Of a stretch of DNA of 64,000 nucleotides, positions 41,000 through 56,600 are shown in pieces (the stretch's first letter is position 1; every line of letters begins with the position of its first letter). Both the position numbers and the translations under genes were made by a program. The DNA is from the human T2T-CHM13v2.0 reference genome, Homo sapiens. The stretch spans positions 6,368,001 to 6,432,000 of the forward strand of contig CP068257.2 in the NCBI GenBank assembly GCA_009914755.4, read 5' to 3'. Below the pieces are notes generated by a model. The model was not told the origin of the DNA and made no database searches. It was given only the letters and a program-made list of their open reading frames with translations.

Positions 41000-43900
41000 T
41001 CGTATGCAATGGAATGGCATTGAATGGACTCGAAAGGAATGGAATGTAACGGGATGGAATGAACCCGAATGGAAAGGAACGTAATGGAATCAAATGTATT
41101 GGAATGGAAAGGAATGGAATGAATGGAATGGCAAGGAATTTACTCGAATGGGATGGAATGGAAAGGAATTTACTCGAATGGAATGCAATGGAGTGGACTG
41201 AAATGGAAAAGCATGGAATGGAATGGACTCGATGCAACGGAATGGAATGGACTCGAATGGAACGGAATGGACTTGAATGGAGTGGAGTCAAATGGACTCG
41301 AATGGAAAGCAGTGGAATGGAACCATATGGAATGTACCCCAAAGCAGTGGAACGGAACGGAAAGGAATGGAATGGAATGTACTTGAATTGTATGGAACGG
41401 AATTGAATCGACTTGAAAGGAATGGAATGGAATGGAATGGAATGGCCTCGAAAGGAATACAATGGAATGGACCACAATGAAATGGAATGCAAAGGAATGG
41501 ACTCAAATGGAATGGAATGGAATTGATTCGAATGGAATTGAATGGAATAGAACCGAATGGAATGGAATGGAATGGAATGGAATGGACTCGAATGGAATGG
41601 AATGGAATGGACTCGAATGGAATGGAATGGAATGGGCTCAAATGGAATAGAATGCAATGGAATGGAAAATAATGTAATGGCATATAATAGACTGGAATGT
41701 AATGAGCTTGGAATGGACTGGACTGGAATGGAATGGAATGGAATGGACTCAAATGGAATAGCATGGAACGGAATGGACTCAAATGCAATGGAATGGAATG
41801 CACTCGAATGGAATGGAATGGACTCGAATGGAATGGATTTCAATGGACTCGTATGGAATTGAATGGCATTGAACGGACTCGAATGGAATGGAATGTAACG
41901 TAATGGAATGAACCAGAATGGAATGGAACGTAATGGAATCATATGTGCTGAAATGGAAAGGAATGGAATGAATGGAATGGAATGGAATTTACTCGAATGT
42001 GATGGAATGGAATGGAATTTAATCAAATGGAATTGAATGAAATGGAATGAAATGGAATAGCATGGAATGGAATGGACACGAATGCCAAGGAATGGAATGG
42101 ACTCGAATGGAACGGAATGGACTCATATGGAGTGGAGTCAAATGGACTCGAATGGAATGCAATGGAATGCAACCAAATGGAATGTACTCGAATGGAATGG
42201 AACGGAACAGAACGGAATGGAACGGACTTCAATGGGAAGGAAAGGAATGGACTAACTAGAATGGAATGGAATGTAATGAACTACAATGGAATGGAATGGA
42301 CTCTAATGGAATGGAATTGAAAGGACTCGACTGGAATGTAACGGATTCGAATGGCCTCGAATGGTGTGGAATGGAATGGAATGGACTCGAATGCAATGGA
42401 ATCTAATGGAACCGAAAGGAATGGAATGGAATGGAAAGGAATGGACCCGAATGCAATGGAATGCAATGGAATCAAATGGTATGGAATGTATTGTAATGGA
42501 CTCGAATGAAATGGATAGGAATGGACTCGATTGGAATGGATTGGAAATGTCTCGAGTGGAATGGAATGGAATGTCATGGACTCGAAAGGAATGGAATGGA
42601 CTCGAATGGAATGCAAAGTATTGGACCCAAATGGAATGGAATGGAATGGAATGGTATGGCATGGAATTCAATGGATTTGAAAGGAAAAGAATGAATGGAA
42701 TGGAATGGACATGAAAGGATTGGAATGGAATGGACTCAAATGGAATGCAATGTACATGAATGGAACAGAATGGAGTGGAATACACTCGAATGGAATACAA
42801 TGGAATTTAATTGAATGAACTCTAATGGAAAGGAATGTAATGGAATAGAAGGCAATGGAATGCAATGGAATGGAATCAAATGAAATGGAATTGAATGGAC
42901 TTGAATGTAATAGAATGGAAGAGACTCGAATGGAATGGAATGCAATGGAATGGACATAAATGGAATTGAAAGGATTTGACTCAAATGGAATGGTTTGGAA
43001 TTGATTGGAATTGAAAACATAGGGAAGGAATACAGTGGAATGAACTCGAATGGAATGGAATGGAATGGACTGGACTGGAATGGAATGGAATGGAATGAAT
43101 TGGAATGGAATGGAATGGAATGGAATGGACTCGAATGGAATGGAATGCAATGGACTGGGATCAAATGGAATGGAATGGAATGGAATGGGAAAGAATGGAA
43201 TGGAATAAAATGGACTGGAATGTAATAAGTTTGGAATGGACTGAAATGGAATGGAATGGCATGGAATGGAATGGAATGGACTCAAATTGAATAGCATGGA
43301 AAGGAAAGGACTCAAATGCAATGGAATGGAATGGACTTGAATGGAATGTAATGGACTCGAATTTAATGGATTTGAATGGGCACGTATGGAATGGAATGGC
43401 ATTTAATGGACTCGAATGGAATGGAAAGTAACGGAATGGAATGAATCCGAATGGAATGGAATGGAATGGGGTGAAATGTGCTGGGATGGAATGGAATGGA
43501 ATGGAATGGAATGGAATTTACTCGAATGGGATGCAATGGAATGGAATTTACTCAAATGGAATGGAATGGTATGGACTAAAATGCAATAGCATGGAATGGA
43601 ATGGACTCGAATGCATCAGAATGGAATGGACTCGAATGGAACGGAATGGACTCGAATGGAGTGGAGTCGAATGGACCTGAATGGAATGCAATGGAATGTA
43701 ACCGAATGGAATGTACTCAAATGCAATGGAACGGAATGGAATGGAAAGGAAAGGATCGGAACGAAACGGAATGGAAGGGAATGGATTTGAATGGAATGGA
43801 ATGGAATGGAATTGAATGGACTCAAAAGGAGTGGAATAGAATGGAAAGTACTCGAATGGAATGGAATGGAATGAACTCCAATGGAATGAAATGGACTCGA

Positions 43901-46900
43901 ATAGAATGGAATGGAATGGAAACGACTCGACTGGAATGGAATGGAATAGAATGGCCTCGAATTGGATTCAATGGAATGGAATGGACTCGAATGGAATAGA
44001 ATGGAATGGAATGCAATGGAATCGAATGAGATGGAATGTATTGGAATGGACTCGAATGGAATGGATTGCAACGGACCCAAATGGAATGGAGTGGAATGGT
44101 CTCCAATGGAATGGAACGGAATGTATTGGAATTGAATGCAATGGAATCGAATGGGATGGAATGTATTGGAATGGACTCGAATGGAATGGATAGGAATTCA
44201 CCCGAATGGAATGGAATGGAATGGTCTCGAGTGGAATGGAATGGAATGGTATGGAATGGACTCGAATGGAATGGAATGGACTCGAATGGAATGCAAAGGA
44301 ATGGACCCGAATGGAATAGAATGGAATGGTATGGTATGGAATTTAAAGGACTTAAATGGAATATAATGAATGGAATGGAAGGGACACGAAAGGATTGGGA
44401 TGGAATGGACTCAAATGGAATGCAATGGACATGAATGGAACAGAATCGAGTGGAATGTTCTCGAATGGAATACAATGGAATTTAATGGAATGGACACTAA
44501 TGGAATGGAATGGAATGGACTTGAATGCAATGGAATGCAATGGAATGGTATCTAATGAAATGGAATGGAGTGGACTTGAATGGAATAGAATGGAAGAGAC
44601 TCGAATGGAATGGAATGCAATGGAATGGACTTAAATGGAATTGAATGGAATTGACTCAAACGGAATGGTTTGGGATTGAATGGAATTGAAAAGATAGGGA
44701 TGGAATACAGTGGAATGAACTCGAATGGAATGGAATGGAATGGAATGATATGGAAAGGAATGGAATGAAATGGAATGGAATGGATTGGATTGGAATGGAC
44801 TCGAATGGAATGGAATGGAATGGACTCGAATAGAATGGAATGGAATGGAATGGAATGGAATGGAATGCAATGAAGCGGAAAAGAATGGAAAGGAAGAGAA
44901 TGGACTGGAATGTAATAAGTTTGGAATGGACTGAAAAGGAATGGAATGGCATGGAATGGAATGGAATGCACTAAAATGGAATAGCATGGAATGGAAAGTA
45001 CTTAAATGCAATGGAATGAAATGGACTTGAATGGAATGGAATGGAATAGATTCGAATTTAATGGATTTGAATGGACACGTATGGAATGGAATGTCATTGA
45101 ATGGACTCGAATGGAATGGAATGTAACGGAATGGAATGAACCTGAATATAATGGAATGGAATCGAATGAAATGTGCTGGAATAGAATGGAATGAATGGAA
45201 GGGAATGGAATGGAATGGAATGGAATTTACTCGAATGGGATGGAAGGGAATGGAATTTACTCGAATGGAATGGACTGAAATGCAATAGTATGGAATGGAA
45301 TGGACTCGAATGCAATGGAACGGAATGGACTCGAATGGAACGGAATGGACTCGAATGGAAGGGAGTCGAATGGACTAGAATGGAATGCAATGGAATGGAA
45401 CCGAATGGAATGTACACGAATGGAATTGAACGGCATGGAATGGAAAGAAAAGGAATCGAACAGAACGGAACGGAGTGGAATGGACTTGAATGGAATGGAA
45501 TGGAATGAAATGTGAGGGAATGGAATGGAATGGAATGGAATGAAATGAAATACAATGGAATGGAATGGAATGGAATGGAATGGATTGGAATAGAATTAAC
45601 TCGAATGGGAAGGAATGGAATGGAATTCTCTCGAATGGAATGGAATGTAATGGACTGAAATGCAATAGCATGGAATGGAATGTACTCGAAAGCGATGGAA
45701 CAGAATGGACTCGAATGGAACGGAATGGACTCGAATGGAGTGGAGTCGAATGGACTCGAATGGAATTCAATGGAATGGAACCGAATGGAATGTACTCGAA
45801 TGGAATGGAACGGAATGGAATGGAAAGGAAAGGAACGGAATGGAACGGAACGGAATGGAATGGAATGGAATGGAATGGAATGGAATGGAATCTACTCGAA
45901 TTGTATGGAATGGAATTGAATGGACTGAAATGGAGTGGAATTGAATGGAAAGGACTCGAATGGAATGGAATGGAATGATCTCCAATGGAATGGAATGGAC
46001 TTGAATAGAATGAAATGGAATGGAAAGGACGACTAAAATGGAATGGAATAGAATGGCCTCGAATTGCATGGAATGAATGAAATGGACTCGAATGGAATAG
46101 AATGGAATGGAATGCAATGGAATCGAATGGGATGGAATGTATTGGAAGGGACTTGAATGGAATGGATTGGAATGGACCCAAATGGAAGGGAGTGGAATGG
46201 ACTCGAGTGGAATGGAACGGAATGTATTGGAATGGAATGCAATGGAATCGAATGGGATGGAATGTATTGCAGTGGACTCGAATGGACTGGATAAGAATGG
46301 ACCCGAATGGAATGGAACGGAATGGTGTCGAGTGGAATGGCGTCTAATGTAATGGACTAGAATGGAATGGAATGGACTCGAATGGAATGGAAAGGAATGG
46401 ACCCGAATGGAATGAAATGGAATGGAATGGTATGGTATGGAATGGAATGGACTTGAATGGAATAGAATGAATGGAATGGACTCGAAAGGATAGGAATGGA
46501 ATGGACACAAATGGAATGGAAGGGACATGAATGGAACGGAATGGAATGGAATGAACTCACATGGAATACAATGGAATTTAATGGAATGGGCTGTAACGGA
46601 ATGGAATTGAAGGGACTTGAATGGAATTGAATGGAGGAGACTCGAATGGAATGGAAGGCAATGGAATGGACTCAAATGGAATGGAATGGAATTGAATGGA
46701 CTCGAAAGGATTCGGAAGGAGTACAGTGGAATGGACTCAAATGGAATGGAATGGACTCGAATGCAATGGAATGCAATAGAGTGGACTAAAATGGAACGGA
46801 GTGGATTTGAATCAAAAGGAATTGAATGGAATGGACCCGAATTGAATGGAAAGTAATAGAATGGAAAGGAATGGAATGGAATGGAATGGAATGGAATAGA

Positions 46901-47650
46901 GTGGACTCGAATGGAATGGACTCGAATGGAATGGAATTGAATGGAATGGACTCGAATGTAATGTAATGGAATGGAATGTGCTCAAATGGAATGGAATGGA
47001 AAACAATGGCATGGAATAGAATGAACTGGAATGTAATGAGTTTGGAATGGACAGGAATGGAATGGAATGGAATGGAAAGGAATGGAATGGACTCAAATGG
47101 AATAACATGGAATCCAATGGAATAGAATGTAACGGAATGTAATGAACACGAATGTAATGGAATGTAATAGAATGAACTGGAATGTAAAGAATTTGGAATG
47201 GACAGGAATGGAATGGAATGGAATGGAAAGGAATGGAATGGACTCAAATGGAATAACATGGAATCGAATGGAATAGAATGTAACGGAATGTAATGAACAG
47301 GAATGTAATGGAATGTAATGGAATGAAAGGTGCTGGAATGGAATGGAATGGAATGGAGTGGAAAGGAATGAAATGGAATGGATCTTGCACTAATGGGTTG
47401 GAATGCAATGGAATTTACTAGAATGGAATGGAATGGAATGGACTGAAATGGAATAGCATGGAATGGAATGGACTCGAATGCAATGGAATGGAATGGACTC
47501 GAATGGAACGGAATGGACTCGAAAGAGTGGAGTCGAATGGACTTGAACGGATTGCAATGGAATGGAACAGAATGGAATGTACTCGCATGGAATGGAAATG
47601 AATGGAATAGAACGGAACAGAACGGAATGGAATTGACTGGAATGGAAAGG
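41000..47650. repeat. Higher-order repeat of about 1.7-2.0 kb within HSat3, at least 3 copies. It contains a recurring module of about 400 bp.
   Basis: The string gaattgaaaa(c/g)atagggaaggaatacagtggaatgaactcgaatgg recurs at about 43,005 and 44,685, with a more diverged version at about 46,710. The module ggaatttactcgaatggg...ggactcgaatggaacggaatggactcgaatggagtggagtcgaatggac recurs at about 41.06, 41.91, 43.44, 45.13, 45.59 and 47.40 kb. Minus-strand ORF peptides 42303-42800 and 43822-44475 are near-identical, as are the peptides around 45767-46675. Confidence 0.75.
47032..47315. repeat. Tandem duplication of about 140 bp inside HSat3
   Basis: The string gaactggaatgtaa(t/a)ga(g/a)tttggaatggacaggaatggaatggaatggaatggaaaggaatggaatggactcaaatggaataacatggaat(c)caatggaatagaatgtaacggaatgtaatgaaca occurs twice back to back. 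Confidence 0.8.
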
Positions 47651-50600
47651 AATGCAATGGAATGGAGTGGACTTGAATGATATGCAATGGAATGGACTCG
47701 AATGAATTGGAATGGACTCAAATACAATGGAATAGAATGGAAAGGAATCAACTGGAATGGAATGGAATAGAATGGCCTCAAATGGATTGAAATGGAATGG
47801 AATGGACTCAAATGCAATGGAATGGAAGGAACCCAACGGAATGGAAAGGACTCGAATAGAATGGTATGGAATGGAATGGACTCAACGGGAATGGAATAGA
47901 TTAGAATGGCCTCGAGTGGGTTGGAATGGAATGGAATCTACTCAAATGGAATGGAATGGAATGGAACCGACAGGCATGGAATGGAAAGGAATGGATCCGA
48001 ATGGAATGGAATGGAATGGAATGCAATGGAATTGAATGGGATGGAATATATTGCAATGGACTCGAATGGAATGGATAGGAATGGACCCAAATGGAATCAA
48101 TTGGAATGGTCTCGATTGGAATGGAACGGACTTGAATCATATTGAATGGAATGGAGTCGAATGAATTGGAATGGAGTCTAGTTGAATGGAATGGAATAGA
48201 ATGGAATGGAATGGATTGGAATAGAATGGAATGGAATGGAGTGGACTCGAATGGAATGGAATGCACTGAAATGGAATGGAATGCAATGGAACCCACTCGA
48301 ATGGAATAGAATGGAATGGAATGGAAGGGACTCGAATGAAATGGAATGAAATGGACTCGAATGGAATGTAGTGGACTCGAATGGAAAGGAATGGACTCGA
48401 AAGGAAAGGGATGTAATGGAGTGGAATGGAATGAAATGGGCTTCAATGGAATAGAATGCAATGGAATGGAAGGGACTCGAATGAAATGGAATGGAAAGGA
48501 CACGAATGCAACGGAATGCACTGGAATGGAATGTAATTGTTAGGAATAGACTCAAAAGTAATGGAATGGAATGGACCCAATTGGAATAGAACGGAATGGA
48601 ATGGAATGGAGAAGAAGGGAATGGAATGGAATGCAATGAAATGGACTGGAATGGATTTCAATGGAATGGAATGGAATAGAATGGAATGGAATGGAATGGA
48701 ATAGATAGGGATGAAATGGAATGGAAGGGACTCCAATAGAATGAAATGCACTCCAAAGGAATGGAATAGAATTGAATGGAATGGACTCGAATGGAATGGG
48801 ATTGACTCAAAAGGAATGGAATGGAAAGGAATGGACTCGAATGGAATGCAATGGAATGGATCTAAGTGGTATGGAAAGTAATGGACATGAATGGAATGGA
48901 AAGGAATAGACTGTAATGGAAAGGAAAGGATTGAAAAGGAATATAATGTAATGGACTCGAATGGAATGGAAAGGACTCGAGTGGAATGGGCTCAAATGGA
49001 ATGGAAAGGCCTCGAGTGGAATGGAACGGAATGCAATGGACTCGAATGGAATGGATTGGAATGTATTCCAATGGAATGGAAAGAAATTGAATGGATTCGA
49101 GTCAAACCGAATGTGTTGGCATGGAATGGACTCGAATGGAATGGAATGTAGTTGAATGAAATGGACTCGAACGGAATGGAATGGAATGGAATAGAATGGA
49201 GTAAAATGGAATGGAAATGAATGGTATCTAATGGAATTGAATGGACAAAATAGGAATGCAATGGAAAAGAATGAAATGGAATTGAATGGACTCAATAGTA
49301 ATGCAATGGAAAAGAATGTAATGGAAAGGAATGGCCTCGAAGGGAATGTAATGGAATGAAATGTGCAGAAATGGAATTGAATGGAAGGAAATCGAATGGA
49401 AAAAATTTTATAGAATGGACTCGAAGGGAAAGCTGTTGAATTGAATGGACCCCAAAGCAATGGAATGGAATGGAACGGATTGGAAAGGAATGGAATGGAA
49501 TGAAATGGAAAAAACTCGAATGGAATTTAATGGAATGGAATGGAATGGAATGGAATTGACTAGGATTAAGTGGAGTGGAATGGAAAGGAATGGAATGGAG
49601 TGGAATGGAATTGACTCAAGTGGAATGGAATGCAATGGGCTCAAATAAAATGGAATGCAATGGACTCGAGTGAAATGGAATGCAGTGGAACGGACTCGAA
49701 AGAAATGCAGTGGAATGGAATAGACTGCAATACAATCGAATGGAATGGAATGGAGTGAAATGGAATGGACAACAAAGACATGGAATGAAATAGAACGGGT
49801 TCAAGTTGAATGGAATGGAATAGAATGAAATGGAATGGAATACAATGGACTCAAATGGCATGCAATGGAATGGAATTGAAACGAATGGAATGGACTCAAA
49901 TGGAATTTAATGGAATGGTGCCAAAAGGAATGGAATGGAAATGAATGTAATTTACTCTAATGCGATGGTACTGAATGGAATATAATATAATGGAATGGAC
50001 TCAGATGGAATAGCACAGAATAGAATGGACTCTAATGCAATTGAATTGAATGGAATCGAATGGAATTGAACGGATTTCAATGGAGTGGTGTCTAATGGAT
50101 TCGAATGGAATGCAATGGAATGGAATGGAATGTACTCGAATGGAATGGAATGGAATGAAATGAAACGGACTCGAATGGAATGGAATGGAATGGCATGGAA
50201 TGGAATGGAATGGATTTAAATGGAAAGCAGTTGATTTGAACAAAATGGAATGGAACGGAACGGAAAGGAATGCAATGGAATGGAATGGAAAACAATGCAA
50301 GGGAATTCAATAGAATGGAAAGTAATGAAATTGAATGGAATGGAATGCAATGCAATGCAATGCCATGAAATGCAATGCAAGGAAATGAAATGGACTCGGA
50401 TGGAATGGAATGGTCTCAAATGAAAAGGAATGGACCAGAATGAAATGGAATGGAATGAAATGAAATGGACAAGAATGGAATGGACCGGAATGGAATGGAA
50501 AGGAATGGAATGGAATGGAATGGAATAGAATGAAACAGAATGAAATAGAATGGATTGGAACAGAATGGAATGGAATGGACTCAAATGGAATGGACTCGAA

Positions 50601-53600
50601 TGGAACACAGTGGAATTTACTGGATTAGAATCTAACGGAATTAACTGTGATGAAAAGGAATGGAATGGACTCGAATGGAATCGATGGGAATTGAATGGAC
50701 GTGAATGGAATGAAACAGAATGGACACGAAAGGAATAGAATGGAATGGAATGGAATGGAATGGAATGGTGTTGAATGGAATAGAATGGAATGCAATGGAC
50801 TCGAATGATATGGAATTTAATGGATGCAAAAGGAATGGAATGAACTCAATGGAATGGAATGGAATGGAATCGAAAGGAATGGAATGGAATGGACTCACGT
50901 GGAATGAAATGGAATGGTATCAAATGCAATAGATTGAAATGGAATGGACTCGAGATGAAAGGAATGGAATGGACAGGAAAGGAATGGAATTGAATGGAAT
51001 GGAATGGAATGGAATGGACAGGAAAGGAATGGAATTGAATGGAATGGAATGGAATGGAATAGACCCGAAACGAATGTAATGGAAGGAAATGTGCTGCAAT
51101 GGAATGGAATGGAATGGAATGGAATGGAATGGAATGGAATGGAATGGACTTCAAAGGAATGTAAAGGAATGAAACGTGCTGGGAAGGAATGGAATGGAAT
51201 GGAATGGAATAAAATGTAATGGAATGGAATCGAATGGAATGTAGTTGAATTGCATGGACCTGAAAGCAATGGAATGGTATGGAACAGATTAGAAGGGAAT
51301 GGAATGGAATGAAAAGGAAAAGCCTCGAATGGAATGCAATGGAATGGAATAGACTCGAATGAAATGGAGTGGACTCGAATGGAATGGAGTGGAATGGAAT
51401 CGACTCGAGTGGAATGGAACGGAATGGCCTCGAAAGAAATGGCATGCAGTGGCATGGAGTCCAAAGGAATGCAATGGAAAGCAAAAGAATTGAATGGAAT
51501 GGAATGGAACGGAATGGAAAGGAATGGAATTGACGCGAATGAAATGGAATGGAATAGAATGGACTCCAATGGAATGGAATGGAATGGAATGGAATGGAAT
51601 TTACTCCAATGCGATGGAATGGAATCGAATTTACTCGAACGGAATGGAATGAATGGACTCAAATGGAATAGCATGGAATGGTATGGACTCTAATGCACTG
51701 GAATTGAATGGATTCGAATGGAATGGAATGGAATGGCATGGAATGGAAAAGTTTGGATTTGAATTGAAAGGACCCAAAAAGAAAGGAATGGATTGGAATG
51801 GAATGCAATGGAATGGAATGTAATGGAATGGATTGGATTTGAATAGAAAGGACCCGAAAAGAATGGAATGGCATGGAATGAAGAGGCCTCGAATGGAATG
51901 GAATGGATTGGAATGGACTCGATTGAAATGGAATGGACTCGAATGGAATGTAAAAGAATGGAGTTGACTGGAGTGCAATGGAATGGAATAGAATTGATTT
52001 GAATGGAATGCAATGGACACGAAAGAAATGGAACGGAATGGAATGGAATGGAATGGACTCACATGGAACGGAATAGACTCGAATGGAATAGCACAGAATA
52101 GACTCGAATGGATTGGAATGCAATGGAATGGGCTCGATGGAATGGAATAGAATGGGCTCGATGGAATGGAATAGAATGGACTCGAAAGGAATTCAATGGA
52201 CTCGAAAGGATTGGAACAGAATGCAAAGGAATGGAATCGAATGCAATGCAATGGAATTGAATCGAATAGAATTGAATGGAGTTGCCACGAATGGAAAGGC
52301 TGGAATGGAATGGAATGGAATTGAAAGGAAAGGAATGGATTAGGCACAAATGGCATGGAATGGAATGGAATGGAATGGATTCGAATGGAATTGAATGGAA
52401 TGGATTCAAACGACATAATATGTAATTGAATGGACGCGAAAGCAATGGAATGGAATGGACTCGAAAGGAATGGTATGGACTCAAACTAAATAGAGTGGAA
52501 TGGACTCCAATGAAATGGAAAGGAGTTGAATGGACTCGAATAGAATGGAATGTATCAGAATAGAATGAACTCAAATGGAATGGAATGGAATTTAATGAAA
52601 TGGACTCGAATGGAATGGAATGAAATGGAATGTACTGGAATGGAATGGAAGGGAATGGAATGCGTTTGAATTGAGTGGACTGGAAAAGAATGGAATTTAA
52701 TGGAATGGAATGAAATGGAAAGAAGTGGCTTCGAATGGATTCGAATGGAAAGGAATTTACTCGAATGAAATGGAATGGAATCAAATGGAATGAAATGGAA
52801 TGGGATCAACTCGTGTGCAATGGAATGGAATGGAATGGATTCGAAGGGAATGCAATGCAATGGACACGAATGGAATAGAACCAAAAGGAATGGAACGGAA
52901 TGGAGAGGTACGGAATGGAACGGAATGGAATGGAACGGAACGGAATGGAAAGGAATGGAACGGAACGCAATGGATTGAAATGGAATGGAATCGAATGGAA
53001 TGGAATGGATTGGAATCTAATGGAATGGAATATAATTGACTCGAAAGGAATGGAATGCAGTTGAGTGCACTCAAATGGAATAGAATGGAATGGAATGGAA
53101 GGGACTCGAATGAAATGGAACAGAATGGACTCGAATGTAATTGAATGGACTGGAATGGAGTGGAATGGAATGGTATGGAGAAGAATGGAATAGATAGGAA
53201 TGGAATGGAACGGAAGGGACTATAATAGGATGCAATGGACTCCAAAGGAATGGAATAGAACGGAATAGACAGCAATGGAATGGATTCAAATCGTATAGAA
53301 TGTAATGGAAAATATAGGACAGGAGAAAATGGAATGGAATGGACTCGAATGGAATGTACTGGACTCAAAAGGAATGGAATGGAATGGACTTAAGTGGAAT
53401 GGAATGTAATGGACAGGAATGGAATGAAATGGAACAGACGGTAATGTAAAGAAATGGATTGGAAAGGAATGGAATGGGATAGACTAGAAAGGAATGGAAA
53501 GGACTCGAGTAGAATGGATTGGAATGGAATGGACTCGAATGGAATGGAAAGGATTCGAGTGGAATGGAATGGAATGCAATGGACTCGAACGGAATGGGGT

Positions 53601-56600
53601 GGAAGTTATTCTAATGGAATGGAGTGGATTTTATTATAATGGAATGGAATGGAATTGAATGGATTTGAATTGAACTGAATATAATGTCATGGAATGGACT
53701 CGAATGTAATGTAATTTAATGGAATGAAATGTATTCCAAAGGAATGGAATGGAATGGACTCGAATGGAATGGAATGGAATGGAATAAAATGGAATGGACA
53801 ACAATGGTATGCAATGGAATTGAATGGACTCAACAGGAATGCAATGGAAAAGAATGTAATGGAATGGAGTGGACTCGAAAGGAATGTAATGGAATGAAAT
53901 GTGCTGAAATGGAATGGAATGGAATGGAATGGAGTGGAATGGAATAGAATGGAAAAAATGTAATAGAATGGAATTGAAGGGAATGCAGTTGAATTCAATG
54001 GACATGAAAGCAATGGAATGGAATGGAACGGATTTGAAAGGAATGGAATGGAATGAAATGGAAAAGACACGAACGCAATGGAATGGAAAGGACTAGAATG
54101 AAATGGAGTGGAATGGAATGGAATAGAATGGAATCGACTCAAGTGGAATGGAATGGAAAGGACGCGTATGATATGGAATGCAGTGGAATGGAATAGAATG
54201 GAATGCAATGGAGTGGATTAGACACGAATGGAATGGAATGGAATGGAATGGAATGGAATGAGATGGAATGGACGCAAATGTAATGGAATGAAACATAATT
54301 GAATCGGAATGGAATGGATTGGAATGGAATGGAATGGAATGGAATCTAATGGAAAAATATAATAGAATGGACTCGAAGGGAATGCAGTTGAATTGAATAG
54401 ACACAAAAGCAATGGAATGGAATGGAACGGACGGGAAGGGAATGGTATGGAATGAAACGGAAAGACTAGAATGGAATGGAAAGGAATGGAATGAACTAGA
54501 TTGAAATATAGTGGAATGGAATGGAATGGAATGCAATGGAATGGAATCGACTCAAGTGGAATGGAATGGAATGGAATCAAATAAAATGGAATGCAGTGGA
54601 ATGGACTCGAATGGAATGCAATGGGATGGAATAGACTCGAATGGAATGGAAAGAAATGTAATTTAATGGAATGAAATGGAATGGACGGGAATGAAATGGA
54701 ATGAAATACAATGGATTCGAATGGAATGGAATGGAATGGAATGCAACGGACACAAATGGAATGGAAAGGACTTGAAAAGAATGGAATGGACTCGAATAGA
54801 ATTTATTGGGATGGTTCCAAATGGAATGGAATGGAATGGAATTTAATTGAACGTGATGGAATGGAATGGAATTTACTCCAATGGACTGGAATGGAATGGA
54901 ATCAAAAGGAAAAGAATGGAATGGATTGGACTCGAATGCAATGGAATGGAATGGACTCGAATGCAATCGTATGGACTTGATCAGAATAGAGTGGAAAGAA
55001 ATCCAAAGGATAGGAGTGGAATTGAAGGGACTCGAATAGAATGGAAAGTAACGGAATGGAATGAACTCGAATGGAATGGAATGAAATGGACTCGAATGGA
55101 ATGGAATGATCTGGAATGGAATGGAATGCAATGCATTTGAATTGAATGAAGCCGAAAAGAATGGAATGGAATGGAATGGAATGGAATGGAATGGAATGGA
55201 ATGGAATGGAATGGAGTGGATTTGAATTGAATGGACCTGAAGAGAATGGAATGGAACGGACTGGAATGATGAGGCCTCGAATGGAATGGAATGGATCGGA
55301 ATGGACTTGAATGAAATGGAACGGACTCGAATAGAATGGAATAGAATTTAATCGACTTGAGGGCAATGGAATGGAATCGAATAGAATGGAATCGACTCGA
55401 GTTCAATGGAATGGAATGGAATGGATACGAATGGAATGGAATGGACCCAAACGGAATGGAATGGAACGGAATGGAATGGAATGGAACTGAATGGAATTTC
55501 CACGCATGGAATGGAATAGACTAGAATGGAATGGAAAGGAGTAACTCGAAGAAAATGGAATGCAATGGAATGCACTCGAATGGAATGGAATAGAACAGAC
55601 TAAAAAGGAATTCATTGGACTTGAAAGGAATGGAATGGAATGCAGTGGAATGGAATCGAATGGATTGAAATGGAACTGACTCGAAAGGAATTCAGTGGAT
55701 TGGCCACGAATGGAAGGGGTGGAATGGAATGGACTAGAATTGAATGGCAAGGAATGCATTGGTCTCAAATGGAATGGAATATATTGGAATGCAATTGAAT
55801 AGAATCGAAAGGAATCCAATGGAATTGACAGGAATGGAATTGAATGGAGTGGCCACGAATGGAAGGGGTGGAAAGGAATGGACTGCAATTGAAATCAAAG
55901 GAAGGCACTGGGCTCAAAAGGAATGGAATGGAATGGATTCGAATGGAATTGAATGGAATGGATTCAAATGGAATTGCATGGAATGAAATGGACTTGAATG
56001 CAATGGAATGGAGTGGACTCGAATGGAATGGTATGGACTAGAACAGAATAGAGTGGAATGGACTTCAATTGAATGCAATGGAATTGAATGGACAAGAATA
56101 GAATGCAATATAACAGAATGGAATGAACTGGAATACAATGGAATGGAATGGAATGAAATGGACTTGAATGGAATGGAATCGAACGGAATGCACTGGAATG
56201 GAATGGAATGCATTTGAATTGAATGGACCCGAAAAGAAGAATGGAAAGGAATGGAATGGAATGGAATGGAATGGAATGAATTTGAAATTAATGGACCTGA
56301 AAAGACGATAATGGAAAGGAATGGAATGAAGTGGCCTCGAATAAAATGGAATGGATTGAAATGGACTCGAAAGAAATGTTATGGACTCGAATGGAATGGA
56401 ATAGAATGGAATCAGCACGAGTTCAATGGATTTAAATTGAATGGATTGGAATGCAACGGAAAGTACCCGAATGGAATGGAATGGAATGGAACGGAATGGA
56501 ATGGAAAAGAAACGAATGGACTCACATGGAATAGAAGAGAATCGATTGGAACAGAACGGAATAAACTCGAATGGAATGGAATGCCACAGAATGGACTCGA

